From Escherichia coli (GTDB lineage Bacteria; Pseudomonadota; Gammaproteobacteria; Enterobacterales; Enterobacteriaceae): DNA of 64,000 nt. The position numbers were made by a program, and so were the translations under genes. The notes beneath the pieces are model-generated. The model searched no databases, was not told the origin of the DNA, and worked only from the letters and a program-made list of their open reading frames with translations. Location of the stretch: assembly GCF_048403405.1 (NCBI RefSeq), contig NZ_CP183129.1, one strand, 5' to 3'. Positions 30,529-46,409 of this stretch are shown in pieces. Numbering within the stretch: the stretch's first letter is position 1; each line of letters starts with the position of its first letter.

Positions 30529-30585
30529 ATCCTTCAGAAATCCGCGATGCCCTGACGGGTGAACTGTTTCGACAGGGGTAACATA

Positions 30586-31404
30586 ATGGAAACCTATGCT
30601 GTTTTTGGTAATCCGATAGCCCACAGCAAATCGCCATTCATTCATCAGCAATTTGCTCAGCAACTGAATATTGAACATCCCTATGGGCGCGTGTTGGCAC
30701 CCATCAATGATTTCATCAACACACTGAACGCTTTCTTTAGTGCTGGTGGTAAAGGTGCGAATGTGACGGTACCTTTTAAAGAAGAGGCTTTTGCCAGAGC
30801 GGATGAGCTTACTGAACGGGCAGCGTTGGCTGGTGCTGTTAATACCCTCAAGCGGTTAGAAGATGGACGCCTGCTGGGTGACAATACCGATGGTATAGGT
30901 TTGTTAAGCGATCTGGAACGTCTGTCTTTTATCCGTCCTGGTTTACGTATTCTGCTCATTGGCGCTGGTGGAGCATCTCGCGGCGTACTACTGCCACTCC
31001 TTTCCCTGGACTGTGCGGTGACAATCACTAATCGGACGGTATCTCGCGCAGAAGAGTTGACTAAATTGTTTGCGCACACTGGCAGTATTCAGGCGTTGGG
31101 TATGGACGAACTGGAAGGTCATGAGTTTGATCTCATTATTAATGCAACATCCAGTGGCATCAGTGGTGATATTCCGGCGATCCCGTCATCGCTCATTCAT
31201 CCTGGCATTTATTGCTATGACATGTTCTATCAGAAAGGAAAAACTCCTTTTCTGGCATGGTGTGAGCAGCGAGGCTCAAAGCGTAATGCTGATGGTTTAG
31301 GAATGCTGGTGGCACAGGCGGCTCATGCCTTCCTTCTTTGGCATGGCGTTCTGCCTGATGTAGAACCGGTCATCAAACTATTGCAACAGGAGTTGTCAGC
31401 GTGA
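30586..31404 (+). CDS. aroE: shikimate dehydrogenase
   Basis: 272 aa from internal Met [35 protein letters not shown]... Confidence 0.97.
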   Translation: METYAVFGNPIAHSKSPFIHQQFAQQLNIEHPYGRVLAPINDFINTLNAFFSAGGKGANVTVPFKEEAFARADELTERAALAGAVNTLKRLEDGRLLGDNTDGIGLLSDLERLSFIRPGLRILLIGAGGASRGVLLPLLSLDCAVTITNRTVSRAEELTKLFAHTGSIQALGMDELEGHEFDLIINATSSGISGDIPAIPSSLIHPGIYCYDMFYQKGKTPFLAWCEQRGSKRNADGLGMLVAQAAHAFLLWHGVLPDVEPVIKLLQQELSA

Positions 31405-31658
31405 ATCAGGCCATCCAGTTTCCGGATAGGGAAGAGTGGGACGAGAATAAAAAATGTGTATGTTTTCCCGCTCTCGTGAATGGTATGCAACTGACATGCG
31501 CGATCTCTGGCGAGAGTCTGGCGTATCGCTTTACTGGAGATACGCCAGAACAGTGGTTAGCGAGTTTTCGTCAGCATCGCTGGGACCTGGAAGAAGAAGC
31601 GGAAAACTTAATTCAGGAACAAAGTGAAGATGATCAAGGCTGGGTCTGGTTACTCTGA
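31401..31658 (+). CDS. yrdB: DUF1488-family protein YrdB
   Basis: 85 aa; start overlaps aroE stop. Confidence 0.85.
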   Translation: MNQAIQFPDREEWDENKKCVCFPALVNGMQLTCAISGESLAYRFTGDTPEQWLASFRQHRWDLEEEAENLIQEQSEDDQGWVWLL

Positions 31659-32188
31659 TCCAGATATTCGTCCTTCCATTTCACGTAATTATTCGCGGAA
31701 TAGCGTAACCCAGCCTTCTCTTCATCACTTAACGGGCGGATCTGTTTGACGGGGCTACCGAGATACAGATATCCGCTCTCCAGCCGTTTATTTTGTGGGA
31801 CCAAGCTACCCGCACCAATCATCACATCATCTTCTACTATTGCGCCATCAAGTAAAATTGAGCCCATCCCAACCAAAACTCGATTGCCAATGGTGCAGCC
31901 GTGGAGCATCACCTTGTGACCAACAGTGACATCTTCGCCAATGGTTAATGGGTTGCCATCTGGGTTGTACGAGGATTTATGAGTGACATGCAACATACTG
32001 CCATCCTGGATATTGGTGCGTGCTCCGATCTGTACATAATGTACATCTCCACGAATAACAACGAGCGGCCAGATCCCCACATCATCAGCCAGACGAACGT
32101 CACCAATCACGACGCTGCTATCGTCGATCATTACGCGCTGACCGATTTGTGGAAAAAGATCGCGGTATGGGCGTAAAACATCAGACAT
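31634..32188 (-). CDS. yrdA: gamma-carbonic-anhydrase-like hexapeptide-repeat protein YrdA
   Basis: ORF 31634-32515 is over-extended into the rrn promoter; start placed at internal Met MSDVLRPYRDLFPQIGQRVMIDDSSVVIGDVRLADDVGIW... giving 184 aa. Confidence 0.9.
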   Translation of the reverse strand: MSDVLRPYRDLFPQIGQRVMIDDSSVVIGDVRLADDVGIWPLVVIRGDVHYVQIGARTNIQDGSMLHVTHKSSYNPDGNPLTIGEDVTVGHKVMLHGCTIGNRVLVGMGSILLDGAIVEDDVMIGAGSLVPQNKRLESGYLYLGSPVKQIRPLSDEEKAGLRYSANNYVKWKDEYLDQSNQTQP

Positions 32189-32299
32189 AATTACCTCAGC
32201 AATAAATGATTTACTAATGACTTTGGGTGCATTATTGGCCTTGTGCAAGTCTTTTAGCATGCAAAAAAGCACCGTTTTGTGTGCGAATGCAGCAAAAAG

Positions 32300-32540
32300 G
32301 GTGAAAAAGCAACAAACAGAAAAAAAGATCAAAAAAGTACTTGTGCAAAAAATTGGGATCCCTATAATGCGCCTCCGTTGAGACGACAACGTGAAACACT
32401 TCACAAGATGGTCGTAACAACAAAGAGAAAAAATCCTGAAATTCAGGGTTGACTCTGAAAGAGGAAAGCGTAATATACGCCACCTCGCGACAGTGAGCTG
32501 AAAGCCGCGTCGCAAATGCTCTTTAACAATTTATCAGACA
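32300..32540 (+). promoter_or_regulatory. rRNA operon tandem promoters P1 and P2 with UP element and boxA antiterminator
   Basis: A-rich UP tract, then ttgtgc-N17-tataat (P1, ~32341-32368), ttgact-N16-taatat (P2, 32449-32476), and boxA-like tgctctttaacaatttatca at ~32518. Confidence 0.85.
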
Positions 32541-32660
32541 ATCTGTGTGGGCACTCGAAGATACGGATTCTTAACGTCGCAAGACGAAAATTGAATACCA
32601 AGTCTCAAGAGTGAACACGTAATTCATTACGAAGTTTAATTCTTTGAGCATCAAACTTTT

Positions 32661-34202
<1,542 letters not shown>

Positions 34203-34270
34203 CCTTAAAGAACTGTACTTTGCAGTGCTCACACAGATTGTCTGATGAAAATGAGCAGTAAAACCTCTAC

Positions 34271-34347
<77 letters not shown>

Positions 34348-34389
34348 AATTTGCACCGCAAATTTGAAGAGGTTTTAACTACATGTTAT

Positions 34390-34465
34390 GGGGCTATAGC
34401 TCAGCTGGGAGAGCGCCTGCTTTGCACGCAGGAGGTCTGCGGTTCGATCCCGCATAGCTCCACCA
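34390..34465 (+). tRNA. alaU: tRNA-Ala (TGC)
   Basis: ggggctatagctcagctgggagagcgcctgctttgcacgcaggaggtctgcggttcgatcccgcatagctccacca. Confidence 0.97.
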
Positions 34466-34648
34466 TCTCTGTAGTGATTAAATAAAAAATACTTCAGAGT
34501 GTACCTGCAAAGGTTCACTGCGAAGTTTTGCTCTTTAAAAATCTGGATCAAGCTGAAAATTGAAACACTGAACAACGAAAGTTGTTCGTGAGTCTCTCAA
34601 ATTTTCGCAACACGATGATGAATCGAAAGAAACATCTTCGGGTTGTGA

Positions 34649-37550
<2,902 letters not shown>

Positions 37551-37642
37551 ACAACGCCGAAGATGTTTTGGCGGATGAGAGAAGATTTTCAGCCTGATAC
37601 AGATTAACTCAGAACGCAGAAGCGGTCTGATGAAACAGAATT

Positions 37643-37762
37643 TGCCTGGCGGCCGTAGCGCGGTGGTCCCACCTGACCCCATGCCGAACTCAGAAGTGAA
37701 ACGCCGTAGCGCCGATGGTAGTGTGGGGTCTCCCCATGCGAGAGTAGGGAACTGCCAGGCAT
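37643..37762 (+). rRNA. rrfD: 5S ribosomal RNA
   Basis: tgcctggcggccgtagcgcggtggtcccacctgaccccatgccgaactcagaagtgaaacgccgtagcgccgatggtagtgtggggtctccccatgcgagagtagggaactgccaggcat. Confidence 0.97.
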
Positions 37763-37774
37763 CAAATTTAGCGT

Positions 37775-37850
37775 GCTGATATGGCTCAGTTGGTAGAGCG
37801 CACCCTTGGTAAGGGTGAGGTCCCCAGTTCGACTCTGGGTATCAGCACCA
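37775..37850 (+). tRNA. thrV: tRNA-Thr (GGT)
   Basis: gctgatatggctcagttggtagagcgcacccttggtaagggtgaggtccccagttcgactctgggtatcagcacca between the two 5S genes. Confidence 0.97.
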
Positions 37851-37887
37851 CTTTTTAGGTTAAAGTTCGGCAGATTAGAAAAGAATT

Positions 37888-38007
37888 TGTCTGGCGGCAG
37901 TAGCGCGGTGGTCCCACCTGACCCCATGCCGAACTCAGAAGTGAAACGCCGTAGCGCCGATGGTAGTGTGGGGTCTCCCCATGCGAGAGTAGGGAACTGC
38001 CAGACAT
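37888..38007 (+). rRNA. rrfF: 5S ribosomal RNA (second copy)
   Basis: Near-identical to the first 5S with tgtctggcggcag... variant start; a duplicated 5S is the hallmark of the rrnD operon. Confidence 0.96.
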
Positions 38008-38012
38008 CAAAT

Positions 38013-38054
38013 AAAACAAAAGGCTCAGTCGGAAGACTGGGCCTTTTGTTTTAT
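38013..38054 (+). terminator. rrn operon terminator
   Basis: aaaacaaaaggctcagtcggaagactgggccttttgtttt hairpin with flanking A/T runs. Confidence 0.85.
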
Positions 38055-38185
38055 CTGTTGTTTGTCGGTGAACACTCTCCCGAGTAGGACAAATCCGCCG
38101 GGAGCGGATTTGAACTTTGCGAAGCAACGGCCCGGAGGGTGGCGGGCAGGACGCCCGCCATAAACTGCCAGACATCAAATCAAGC

Positions 38186-38220
38186 GAAAGGCCATCCGAA
38201 AGGATGGCCTTTTTGCTTTT
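38186..38220. terminator. bidirectional terminator between rrn operon and yhdZ
   Basis: gaaaggccatccgaaaggatggcctttttgctttt; perfect hairpin with T-run, and A-run on the opposite strand. Confidence 0.8.
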
Positions 38221-38235
38221 CGAACTAACATTCAA

Positions 38236-38994
38236 TTAATGGATCACCTGCGATAAAAATGCCCTCGTACGCTCTGATTTAGGATGCGCAAAAAACTCAT
38301 CCGGTGCAGCTTGTTCCACTATCTCCCCACGATCCATAAAAATCACCCTGTCAGCGACGGTTCGTGCAAACCCCATCTCATGTGTTACACACAACATTGT
38401 CATACCCGACTGCGCCAGCCCAATCATCGTATCCAGCACTTCTTTCACCATCTCCGGATCGAGCGCCGACGTAGGTTCATCAAATAGCATGATCTTTGGT
38501 TTCATACAAAGTGAACGTGCTATGGCAACGCGTTGCTGCTGACCACCCGAAATCTGTCCGGGAAACTTCTGGGCATGTTCGGCAATTCTCACCCGCTCAA
38601 GGTAATGCATCGCCAGAGCTTCAGCCTCTTTTTTAGGCATCTTGCGTACCCAAATCGGTGCCAGGGTACAGTTCTGTAGAACGGTCAGATGAGGGAAGAG
38701 ATTGAAATGCTGAAAGACCATTCCCACTTCCTGCCTGACGCGCTCAATATTGCGGATATCTTCATTAAGTTCGATGCCATCCACCACGATCCGTCCCTGT
38801 TGATGTTCTTCCAGATGATTAATACAACGAATGGTTGTCGATTTACCGGAACCAGAAGGGCCACACAGAACGATCCGTTCTCCCGGTTGCACGGTTAAAT
38901 TTATATTTTTCAAAACATGGAATTGTCCATACCATTTATTGACGTTTTCCAGCGTAATCATCGCGTTAGCAGGTTGCAGTAAAATTTGGCTCAT
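38236..38994 (-). CDS. yhdZ: amino-acid ABC transporter ATP-binding protein
   Basis: 252 aa; Walker [10 protein letters not shown], signature [15 protein letters not shown], Walker [12 protein letters not shown]. Confidence 0.95.
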   Translation of the reverse strand: MSQILLQPANAMITLENVNKWYGQFHVLKNINLTVQPGERIVLCGPSGSGKSTTIRCINHLEEHQQGRIVVDGIELNEDIRNIERVRQEVGMVFQHFNLFPHLTVLQNCTLAPIWVRKMPKKEAEALAMHYLERVRIAEHAQKFPGQISGGQQQRVAIARSLCMKPKIMLFDEPTSALDPEMVKEVLDTMIGLAQSGMTMLCVTHEMGFARTVADRVIFMDRGEIVEQAAPDEFFAHPKSERTRAFLSQVIH

Positions 38995-39001
38995 AGTGTC
39001 C

Positions 39002-40108
39002 TCAATGCGGTGTACGCCCGGTGTTAAAACGTTTTTCCAGATGTTGGCTATAACGTGACATGCTGAAACAGAAGATCCAGTAGATCAGCGCGGCGAAAAC
39101 ATACCCTTCCGTCGACATACCCAACCAGGCGGGATCAACGGTTGCCTGCTGAACGCTACTGAAAAGATCGAACAACCCGATGATGATCACCAGGCTGGTA
39201 TCTTTGAAAAGTGCGATGATGGTATTTACCAGCCCAGGAATCACCAGCTTCAACGCCTGTGGCAGAATAACCAGCCCCTGGGTTTTCCAGTAACCCAACG
39301 CCAGCGACTCTGCCGCTTCATATTGCCCTTTAGGCAGCGCCTGTAATCCGCCTCGCACGACTTCCGCAACATATGCTGACTGAAACAGGATCACGCCAAC
39401 CAGCGCGCGGATCAATTTGTCGATACTGGTGCCTTCTGCCATAAACAACGGCAGCATGACCGAAGACATAAACAGAACGGTAATCAGCGGTACACCGCGC
39501 CAGAACTCGATAAAAATGACCGATAAGATACGCACAATCGGCATATGGGAGCGGCGACCTAACGCCAGTAAGATCCCCCACGGCAGCGCCCCCGCAATCC
39601 CAACTGATGCAATAATTAAAGTTAGCGTCAGCCCGCCCCATTGCCGGGTTTCAACCCGCTCAAGACCAAGAAACCCGCCATACATCAGCCACCAGACAAT
39701 CAGTGGGTAAATCACCGCCCATACCGCAATATAGCGACCGCGATGCGGGAGTATTTTCCAGAACATTGGTGCGATCGACACAAGCCCAATCAGTAATGCG
39801 AGGTTAATTCGCCAGCGTTGGTCGTGTGGGTAAAGCCCATACATAAACTGACCAAATCGTTCGTGGATGAAGACCCAACAGGCACCGGCTTTTGTGCAGT
39901 CGGTACGCGTTGAGCCAACCCAGTTAGCCTGCAAAAATGCCCAGTTCAGCAACGGTGGAATCAGTTCCCACATCAACCATATGCAGCCAATAGTCAGCAG
40001 GCTATTGCTCCAGCTGGAGAACAGATTTTTTCGCACCCACACCATCGCGCGGCTTGAGTTATGGCTCGCCGGGCGCGGGGGATGAGACAGCAATACTTTT
40101 GTCATCAT
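39002..40108 (-). CDS. yhdY: amino-acid ABC transporter permease
   Basis: 368 aa polytopic membrane protein with EAA-type loop; operon position. Confidence 0.93.
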   Translation of the reverse strand: MMTKVLLSHPPRPASHNSSRAMVWVRKNLFSSWSNSLLTIGCIWLMWELIPPLLNWAFLQANWVGSTRTDCTKAGACWVFIHERFGQFMYGLYPHDQRWRINLALLIGLVSIAPMFWKILPHRGRYIAVWAVIYPLIVWWLMYGGFLGLERVETRQWGGLTLTLIIASVGIAGALPWGILLALGRRSHMPIVRILSVIFIEFWRGVPLITVLFMSSVMLPLFMAEGTSIDKLIRALVGVILFQSAYVAEVVRGGLQALPKGQYEAAESLALGYWKTQGLVILPQALKLVIPGLVNTIIALFKDTSLVIIIGLFDLFSSVQQATVDPAWLGMSTEGYVFAALIYWIFCFSMSRYSQHLEKRFNTGRTPH

Positions 40109-40114
40109 GACTCC

Positions 40115-41296
40115 TTAGCGTTCAACGATCGCGATGCGGCGGTTATAGATATTCATCAACAGCGAGATAGTCAGGCTGATAATCAGATAGACCGACATGG
40201 TCATGGCTATCGTCTCGATGGCTTGCCCCGTCTGGTTCAGCACGGTGCCAGCAAACAGCGAAACCATATCCGGATAGCCAATCGCGGCGGCAAGAGAGGA
40301 GTTTTTGACGATGTTGAGATACTGGCTGGTTAACGGCGGAATAATCACTCGCAGTGCCTGGGGAATAATGACCTGGCGTAGCGTAACCGGGTTGGGTAAT
40401 CCCAGTGACCGTGCCGCTTCATGTTGACCATAAGGCACTGCCTGGATCCCAGCGCGGATAATCTCGGCGATAAATGCAGAGGTATAAACCGAAAGCGCCA
40501 GCGTTAAGGCTGCCAGTTCAGGAATTAAAACCATCCCGCCACGGAAGTTGAAGCCTCGTAGGGCTGGAACATCCCAGTGTAGTGCTGCGCCAAAAAGCCA
40601 TTGCGCCAGTAAAGGCAAACCTATGATCAACATAACGGCGACCGGCCAGGTTCGGCGCAATTGTCCGGTCTTTATCTGGTACGTTTTATTAAAACGGAAT
40701 AGTCCAACAGAAATGGCTATAGCAATAACAACAGTCACGATAAACGCAATAAATCCGTCTCCCAGCTGCGGTGACGGAATATAAAGCCCACGATTGCTCA
40801 AAAAGGCCAGATCAAACGCGCTCACAGCCTGGCGTGGTCCGGGTAAATTGCGCAACACGGCAAAGTACCAGAAGAAGATTTGCAGCAGCGGCGGAATATT
40901 ACGGAAGATCTCAATATAAATTGTGGAAAGCTTTCGTAGCAGCCAGTTATCCGAAAGTCGCGCCAGACCGATAAAGAAGCCCAGAACAGAAGCGAATACA
41001 ATACACAATGCAGAAACCAGTAGCGTATTGAGTAAGCCAACAATGAAAACGCGTCTGTAGGTATCACCCTGCTGGTAATCGATCAAATGCTGGACAATAC
41101 CGAAGCCAGCGCCGCGATCCAGAAAGGCAAAACCTGAAGTAATGCCACGATTACTGAGATTCGTCACAGTGTTGTGAAATAGCCAACCAACAATGCCAAC
41201 AACAGCAACAACGGCAAGGATCTGGAATAACCAGGCGCGAACCGTAGGGTTGGCAAAGGAGAGTGAGCCTTTAACGGTTGAGCGGCGATGAGACAT
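40115..41296 (-). CDS. yhdX: amino-acid ABC transporter permease
   Basis: ORF 40115-41314; start at internal Met MSHRRSTVKGSLSFANPTVRAWLFQILAVVAV... Confidence 0.92.
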   Translation of the reverse strand: MSHRRSTVKGSLSFANPTVRAWLFQILAVVAVVGIVGWLFHNTVTNLSNRGITSGFAFLDRGAGFGIVQHLIDYQQGDTYRRVFIVGLLNTLLVSALCIVFASVLGFFIGLARLSDNWLLRKLSTIYIEIFRNIPPLLQIFFWYFAVLRNLPGPRQAVSAFDLAFLSNRGLYIPSPQLGDGFIAFIVTVVIAIAISVGLFRFNKTYQIKTGQLRRTWPVAVMLIIGLPLLAQWLFGAALHWDVPALRGFNFRGGMVLIPELAALTLALSVYTSAFIAEIIRAGIQAVPYGQHEAARSLGLPNPVTLRQVIIPQALRVIIPPLTSQYLNIVKNSSLAAAIGYPDMVSLFAGTVLNQTGQAIETIAMTMSVYLIISLTISLLMNIYNRRIAIVER

Positions 41297-41363
41297 AGAA
41301 ACCTCGGAAAGCATAACGCTGAAGAGAGCGCCGCCGTAGCGACGCTCGTTACCTCACACCGAC

Positions 41364-42389
41364 TTAACGCACGGGCGGCGCGTACTGAATTCCGCCGTTA
41401 TTCCAGAGATTATTTTGCCCACGTTTAATTTTCAGCGGGCTTTCTGAACCTACGTTACGCTCAAAAATTTCCGAGTAGTTACCCACCTGTTTGATGATGT
41501 TGTAAGCCCATTTATTATCCAGCTTCAGATCCTTGCCGTAATCGCCCTCTTTACCCAGCAGATGTGCCATATCGGGCGTTGCTGGATTAGCCGCTTTTTC
41601 ATCGACGTTTTGCGAGTTAACGCCCATCTCTTCAGCATTCAGCATGGCGAAAAGCGTCCAGCGTACAATTGAGAACCATTCATCATCGCCACGACGAACT
41701 ACCGGCCCAAGCGGTTCTTTAGAGATAACTTCCGGTAAGACAATCCATTCAGCTGGGTTGCTTAATTTGATGCGCAGGGCATACAGTTGTGATTGATCCG
41801 AGGCTAGCGTATCGCAGCGACCAGATTCCAGTGCCTTCGCTGATTCGTCAGAGCGATCGAAAGTCACTGGTGTGTACTTCATATTGTTTGCCTTAAAGTA
41901 ATCGGCAACGTTGAGTTCGGTATCAGTACCCGCCTGAATACAGACGGTAGCGCCATCCAGTTCTTTCGCGCTTTTTAGTCCCGCTTTATCGTGAGTCAGG
42001 AAGCCAATGCCGTCGTAATAAGTGACGCCGGTAAATGCCATTCCCATCCCGGCATCGCGAGATGAAGTCCAGGTCGTATTACGGGAGAGCAAATCCACCT
42101 CCCCTGACTGTAAAGCCGTGAAGCGTTCTTTTGCAGTGAGCGGGGTATATTTCACTTTCGTGTCGTCACCAAATACAGCTGCCGCAACACCACGACAAAC
42201 ATCTACATCAATACCTGAAAACTTACCGTCAGCATCGGCATAAGAGAACCCAGGTAATCCATCACTGATCCCGCATTGCACAAAACCTTTTTTCTGTACG
42301 GCATCAAGCGTCGCGCCAGCATGCGCCTGATTTGCAACGGCAAGCAGCACGCTGGCGGCAGCCAGTGTGGCTATCATCATCTTTTTCAT
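41364..42389 (-). CDS. yhdW: amino-acid ABC transporter periplasmic substrate-binding protein
   Basis: 341 aa with N-terminal signal peptide MKKMMIATLAAASVLLAVANQAHA. Confidence 0.93.
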   Translation of the reverse strand: MKKMMIATLAAASVLLAVANQAHAGATLDAVQKKGFVQCGISDGLPGFSYADADGKFSGIDVDVCRGVAAAVFGDDTKVKYTPLTAKERFTALQSGEVDLLSRNTTWTSSRDAGMGMAFTGVTYYDGIGFLTHDKAGLKSAKELDGATVCIQAGTDTELNVADYFKANNMKYTPVTFDRSDESAKALESGRCDTLASDQSQLYALRIKLSNPAEWIVLPEVISKEPLGPVVRRGDDEWFSIVRWTLFAMLNAEEMGVNSQNVDEKAANPATPDMAHLLGKEGDYGKDLKLDNKWAYNIIKQVGNYSEIFERNVGSESPLKIKRGQNNLWNNGGIQYAPPVR

Positions 42390-42819
42390 AATGCTTCCTG
42401 TGAGGCGAAAATTATCGTTATAGGACGTTTGGGAAACGTCTTTTACCTGTCTGTGGCCATCCTCTTATAAGCAAAAGTAGTGCCAGTTTTTGCGCACGAT
42501 TTCGCGTCGCAATAAGCTGAGTGTAGACAGGAAATAATAAAAACAGCGCCCCGCAATGGTGCGAAAATGAAACATGCGCCACATTTTGGCGCAAAATATT
42601 TACGCGTTTTTTACTAAGCAGAATAATGATTGTTAGCGTGAGTATAATTCTGGTGTGAAGTGTGAAAATTAAATTGATGCGTTATTTCGAAAGCAGCGAA
42701 ATAACGCGATATAACATGCTAAATCAGCAGGGAATTAGCCAGCAGAATATAGCAATATTTTATCTTATGGTGAGATACTGTATCGTTAAACAGAGCGCGG
42801 TACTCCGCGCTCTGTTCAG

Positions 42820-43041
42820 TTATTTCGACAGCGCGATGATCCCCATCGTCAGGCCAGCTACAGCTGCTGCCCCGCCAGCAATAGCCCCAGCCGTTTCCCA
42901 GTTATCCTGAGTCGTGCCTTTCATACAGGTATTAGTGTGAACCAGTCGACCCTGATCGTCATAAACCGGAACGCAGGGCGAATCGTGAGCACAGCCCGCC
43001 AGCAATGCGGTGAGCAATGCCACAGGAATTAATCTTTTCAT
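42820..43041 (-). CDS. yhdV: small lipoprotein YhdV
   Basis: 73 aa with lipobox LLAGC and Gly/Ala-rich C-terminal helix. Confidence 0.85.
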   Translation of the reverse strand: MKRLIPVALLTALLAGCAHDSPCVPVYDDQGRLVHTNTCMKGTTQDNWETAGAIAGGAAAVAGLTMGIIALSK

Positions 43042-43293
43042 GGTGTTACCTCAGTAATAAACGCTAACGCTTAATAAGTTAACTCTCTTATTAACGAGCT
43101 GAATGCCATTTTATCACTGGAGGTTATAAATCTTGCGGAATGAATAATGACAAATTATGTGAATTGTAAAAATAGTGAAGGGAGCGGGAACTATAGAAAG
43201 TTTTTAAAAAGTGAGTAGAGGAATATCTTATTAATTTTTATGGGTTTCACTGGAAATAATAAAGACACCCGAAAGTGCCTTTATGTTTCTGAT

Positions 43294-46200
43294 TTATCCT
43301 TTAAAGCAACGGCGGATCACCACAAAGAACACCGGCACGAAGAAGATTGCCAGCAACGTTGCAGAAACCATCCCGCCCATTACCCCGATACCCACTGCGT
43401 TCTGCGCGCCACTGCCGGCACCGTTACTGATAGCTAGCGGTAATACGCCGAGAATAAAGGCGAGAGAGGTCATCAGGATAGGACGCAGGCGCATACGTAC
43501 TGCCATCAGTGTCGCTTCAACAACACCTTTACCCTCTTTCTCCATGAGATCTTTAGCGAACTCAACAATCAAAATAGCGTTTTTAGCCGACAAGCCAATT
43601 GTCGTTAGCAAGCCCACCATAAAGTAGACGTCATTTTTTTGATTAAAGAGTGTCGCCGCCAGTAGCACGCCGACAATCCCTAACGGCACGACCAACATAA
43701 CCGAGACAGGAATTGACCAGCTTTCATAGAGTGCAGCAAGGCACAGGAAAACAACCACAAAGGAAATTGCTACCAGAGCGGGAGCCTGGTTTCCCGATAA
43801 GCGTTCCTGATATGACATACCCGTCCAGTCATAATCAATGCCAGCTGGTAATTGTGATGCAAGGTTTTCCATCAACGCCATGGCATCGCCGGAACTGGTT
43901 CCTGGCGCGGCTTCCCCCTGAATCTCCATTGACGGCAGACCGTTGTAGCGCTCCAGTCGCGGAGAGCCATACACCCAATGTGCAGTGGTAAAGGCCGAGA
44001 ATGGCACCATTTCGCCGTTGGCGCTGCGGACATAAAGTTTATCGACATCTTCTGGCAGCATACGGAATTTGGCATCCGCCTGAACATACACCTTTTTCAC
44101 GCGACCACGGTCAATGAAGTCGTTAACGTAAGTCCCACCCAACGCCGTTGAAATGGTCTGATTGATGTCAGAAAGTGAAACACCTAATGCCTGCGCCTTT
44201 TCCTGGTCAACTTCCAGTTTAAACTGCGCGGTGTCTTCCAGACCATTAGGACGCACGCTGACTAAGCTGGCAGGATGTTGCGCCGCCATACCAAGCAACT
44301 GGTTACGGGCCTGGGTTAGGGCATCGTGACCCAGCCCAGCCTGATCAATTAACTCAAAGTCGAAACCCGTTGCCGTGCCCAGTTCAACAATGGCTGGCAT
44401 ATTGAATGGAATGACAAAACCGTCGCGGATCTTGCCCAATTCCATTTTGGCGCGATGGATTACCGCTTCCGCACTGTTTTCGTCACCACTACGCTCTTCC
44501 CACGGTTTCAGACTGACGAAGGCCATACCGGCGTTTTGTGCCTGGCCGCTGAAGCTAAAACCGTTAACCGTAAAGACACTTTCAACGTTCGCTTTTTCGT
44601 TTTTCAGATAGTAATCCGTCACTTGATCCAACACTTTTTGCGTCCGCTCTTGCGTCGCGCCAGCGGGTAACTGAATCATGGTCAGAAAGACACCCTGATC
44701 CTCTTCAGGTAAGAAGGAAGACGGAAGGCGTAAAAACAACACCACCATTCCTGCAACAATCAGCGCATAGATCAGTAAATATCGTCCTGTGGAACCGAGG
44801 ATTTTGCCGACGCTGTTGGTGTAGTGGTTAACGCTATGATCGAAGGTGGTATTAAACCAGCCGAAGAAACTGCCCTTATTTTCGTGATGCTCAGCAGAGA
44901 CGGGTTTAAGCAGCGTTGCACATAACGCAGGGGTAAGAATCAATGCCACCAGAACAGAAAGCGCCATTGCCGAAACGATGGTGATAGAGAACTGGCGATA
45001 AATTGCCCCAGTAGAACCGCCGAAGAATGCCATCGGAATAAATACCGCTGACAGCACCATCGCGATACCCACCAGTGCGCCCTGAATTTGCGACATTGAT
45101 TTTTCCGTCGCTTCTTTTGGCGGGAGCTTATCCTCCATCATCACGCGCTCGACGTTCTCCACCACCACTATCGCATCATCGACGAGCAGCCCGATGGCAA
45201 GCACCATCCCGAACATCGTTAGTGTGTTGATGGAGTAACCAAAAGCGGCGAGGATGGCAAACGTCCCTAACAACACTACGGGTACCGCAATGGTGGGGAT
45301 CAGCGTTGCTCGCATATTCTGCAAGAACAGATACATCACCAGGAACACCAGCATAATGGCTTCGAACAGCGTTTTTACCACTTCGTGAATAGAAAGCTGG
45401 ACGAATGGTGTGGTGTCATAAGGGTAGAGAACCTTCATTCCCTGCGGGAAGAATGGCTGTAATTCCGCCAGTTTTGCCTTAATGGCTTTCGCGGTATCGA
45501 GAGCATTCGCGCCGGTTGCCAGCTTAATACCCAGGCCCGCCGCCGGTTTACCGTTGATGCGAGCGATAACGTTATAGTTTTCACCGCCAAGTTCAACCCG
45601 TGCGACATCTTTCAGGCGTACCACCGAGCCGTCACTGTTTACGCGCAAGGTCACTTTGCCGAATTCTTCCGGATTTTTTAACCGCGTCTGAGCAATAATC
45701 GAGGCGTTCAACTGTTGCCCTGGTAACGCTGGCGTTCCGCCCAACTGTCCGGCAGCGATCTGATCGTTCTGTACCTTCAACTGGTTAATCACATCAACCG
45801 GCGTCAGTTTGTATTTGTTTAGCAGATCGGCGTCCAACCAGATACGCATCGCATACTGTGCGCCGAAAAGTTGTACGTCACCGACGCCATTCAGACGGCT
45901 AAGCGTATCTTTAACGTTAGAGGCCACATAGTCCGAGATATCGTCCTGTGTGGTGCCTGGGTTATCAGAGACAAAGCCCGCCACCATCAAATAGCTGCTA
46001 CTGGACTTTTCAACACTGATCCCCTGCTGCTGTACCTCCTGCGGCAGCAACGGCGTGGCGAGCTGGAGTTTGTTCTGCACCTGCACTTGCGCGATATCTG
46101 GATCGGTCCCGGACTGGAAGGTAAGGGTAATTGTCACGCTACCGGCGGAATCGCTGGTGGAGGACATATACATCAGGTTATCGATACCATTCATATTCTG

Positions 46201-46398
46201 TTCGATAACCTGCGTCACCGTATCCTGCACAGTCTGCGCATCAGCGCCCGGATAGTTTGCCGAAACAGAAACTGCAGGCGGCGCAATGGTTGGGTATTGG
46301 GCGACGGGCAATTGTAGGATCGCCAGTACACCCGCCATCATCAGAATAATGGCCAGCACCCATGCAAATATCGGTCGTCGAATAAAAAAGTTTGCCAT
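43294..46398 (-). CDS. acrF: RND multidrug efflux pump inner-membrane transporter AcrF
   Basis: 1034 aa [52 protein letters not shown]... (AcrB-family). Confidence 0.96.
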   Translation of the reverse strand: MANFFIRRPIFAWVLAIILMMAGVLAILQLPVAQYPTIAPPAVSVSANYPGADAQTVQDTVTQVIEQNMNGIDNLMYMSSTSDSAGSVTITLTFQSGTDPDIAQVQVQNKLQLATPLLPQEVQQQGISVEKSSSSYLMVAGFVSDNPGTTQDDISDYVASNVKDTLSRLNGVGDVQLFGAQYAMRIWLDADLLNKYKLTPVDVINQLKVQNDQIAAGQLGGTPALPGQQLNASIIAQTRLKNPEEFGKVTLRVNSDGSVVRLKDVARVELGGENYNVIARINGKPAAGLGIKLATGANALDTAKAIKAKLAELQPFFPQGMKVLYPYDTTPFVQLSIHEVVKTLFEAIMLVFLVMYLFLQNMRATLIPTIAVPVVLLGTFAILAAFGYSINTLTMFGMVLAIGLLVDDAIVVVENVERVMMEDKLPPKEATEKSMSQIQGALVGIAMVLSAVFIPMAFFGGSTGAIYRQFSITIVSAMALSVLVALILTPALCATLLKPVSAEHHENKGSFFGWFNTTFDHSVNHYTNSVGKILGSTGRYLLIYALIVAGMVVLFLRLPSSFLPEEDQGVFLTMIQLPAGATQERTQKVLDQVTDYYLKNEKANVESVFTVNGFSFSGQAQNAGMAFVSLKPWEERSGDENSAEAVIHRAKMELGKIRDGFVIPFNMPAIVELGTATGFDFELIDQAGLGHDALTQARNQLLGMAAQHPASLVSVRPNGLEDTAQFKLEVDQEKAQALGVSLSDINQTISTALGGTYVNDFIDRGRVKKVYVQADAKFRMLPEDVDKLYVRSANGEMVPFSAFTTAHWVYGSPRLERYNGLPSMEIQGEAAPGTSSGDAMALMENLASQLPAGIDYDWTGMSYQERLSGNQAPALVAISFVVVFLCLAALYESWSIPVSVMLVVPLGIVGVLLAATLFNQKNDVYFMVGLLTTIGLSAKNAILIVEFAKDLMEKEGKGVVEATLMAVRMRLRPILMTSLAFILGVLPLAISNGAGSGAQNAVGIGVMGGMVSATLLAIFFVPVFFVVIRRCFKG

Positions 46399-46409
46399 GT
46401 CAGATTGCC

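Noticed and set aside
38100-38185. Possible third partial 5S rRNA copy
   Set aside because: Only a short 3'-end-like fragment (aactgccagacatcaaat) inside the terminator region; far too short to be a gene
43283-43627. 114-aa plus-strand ORF
   Set aside because: Antisense to the 3' end of acrF
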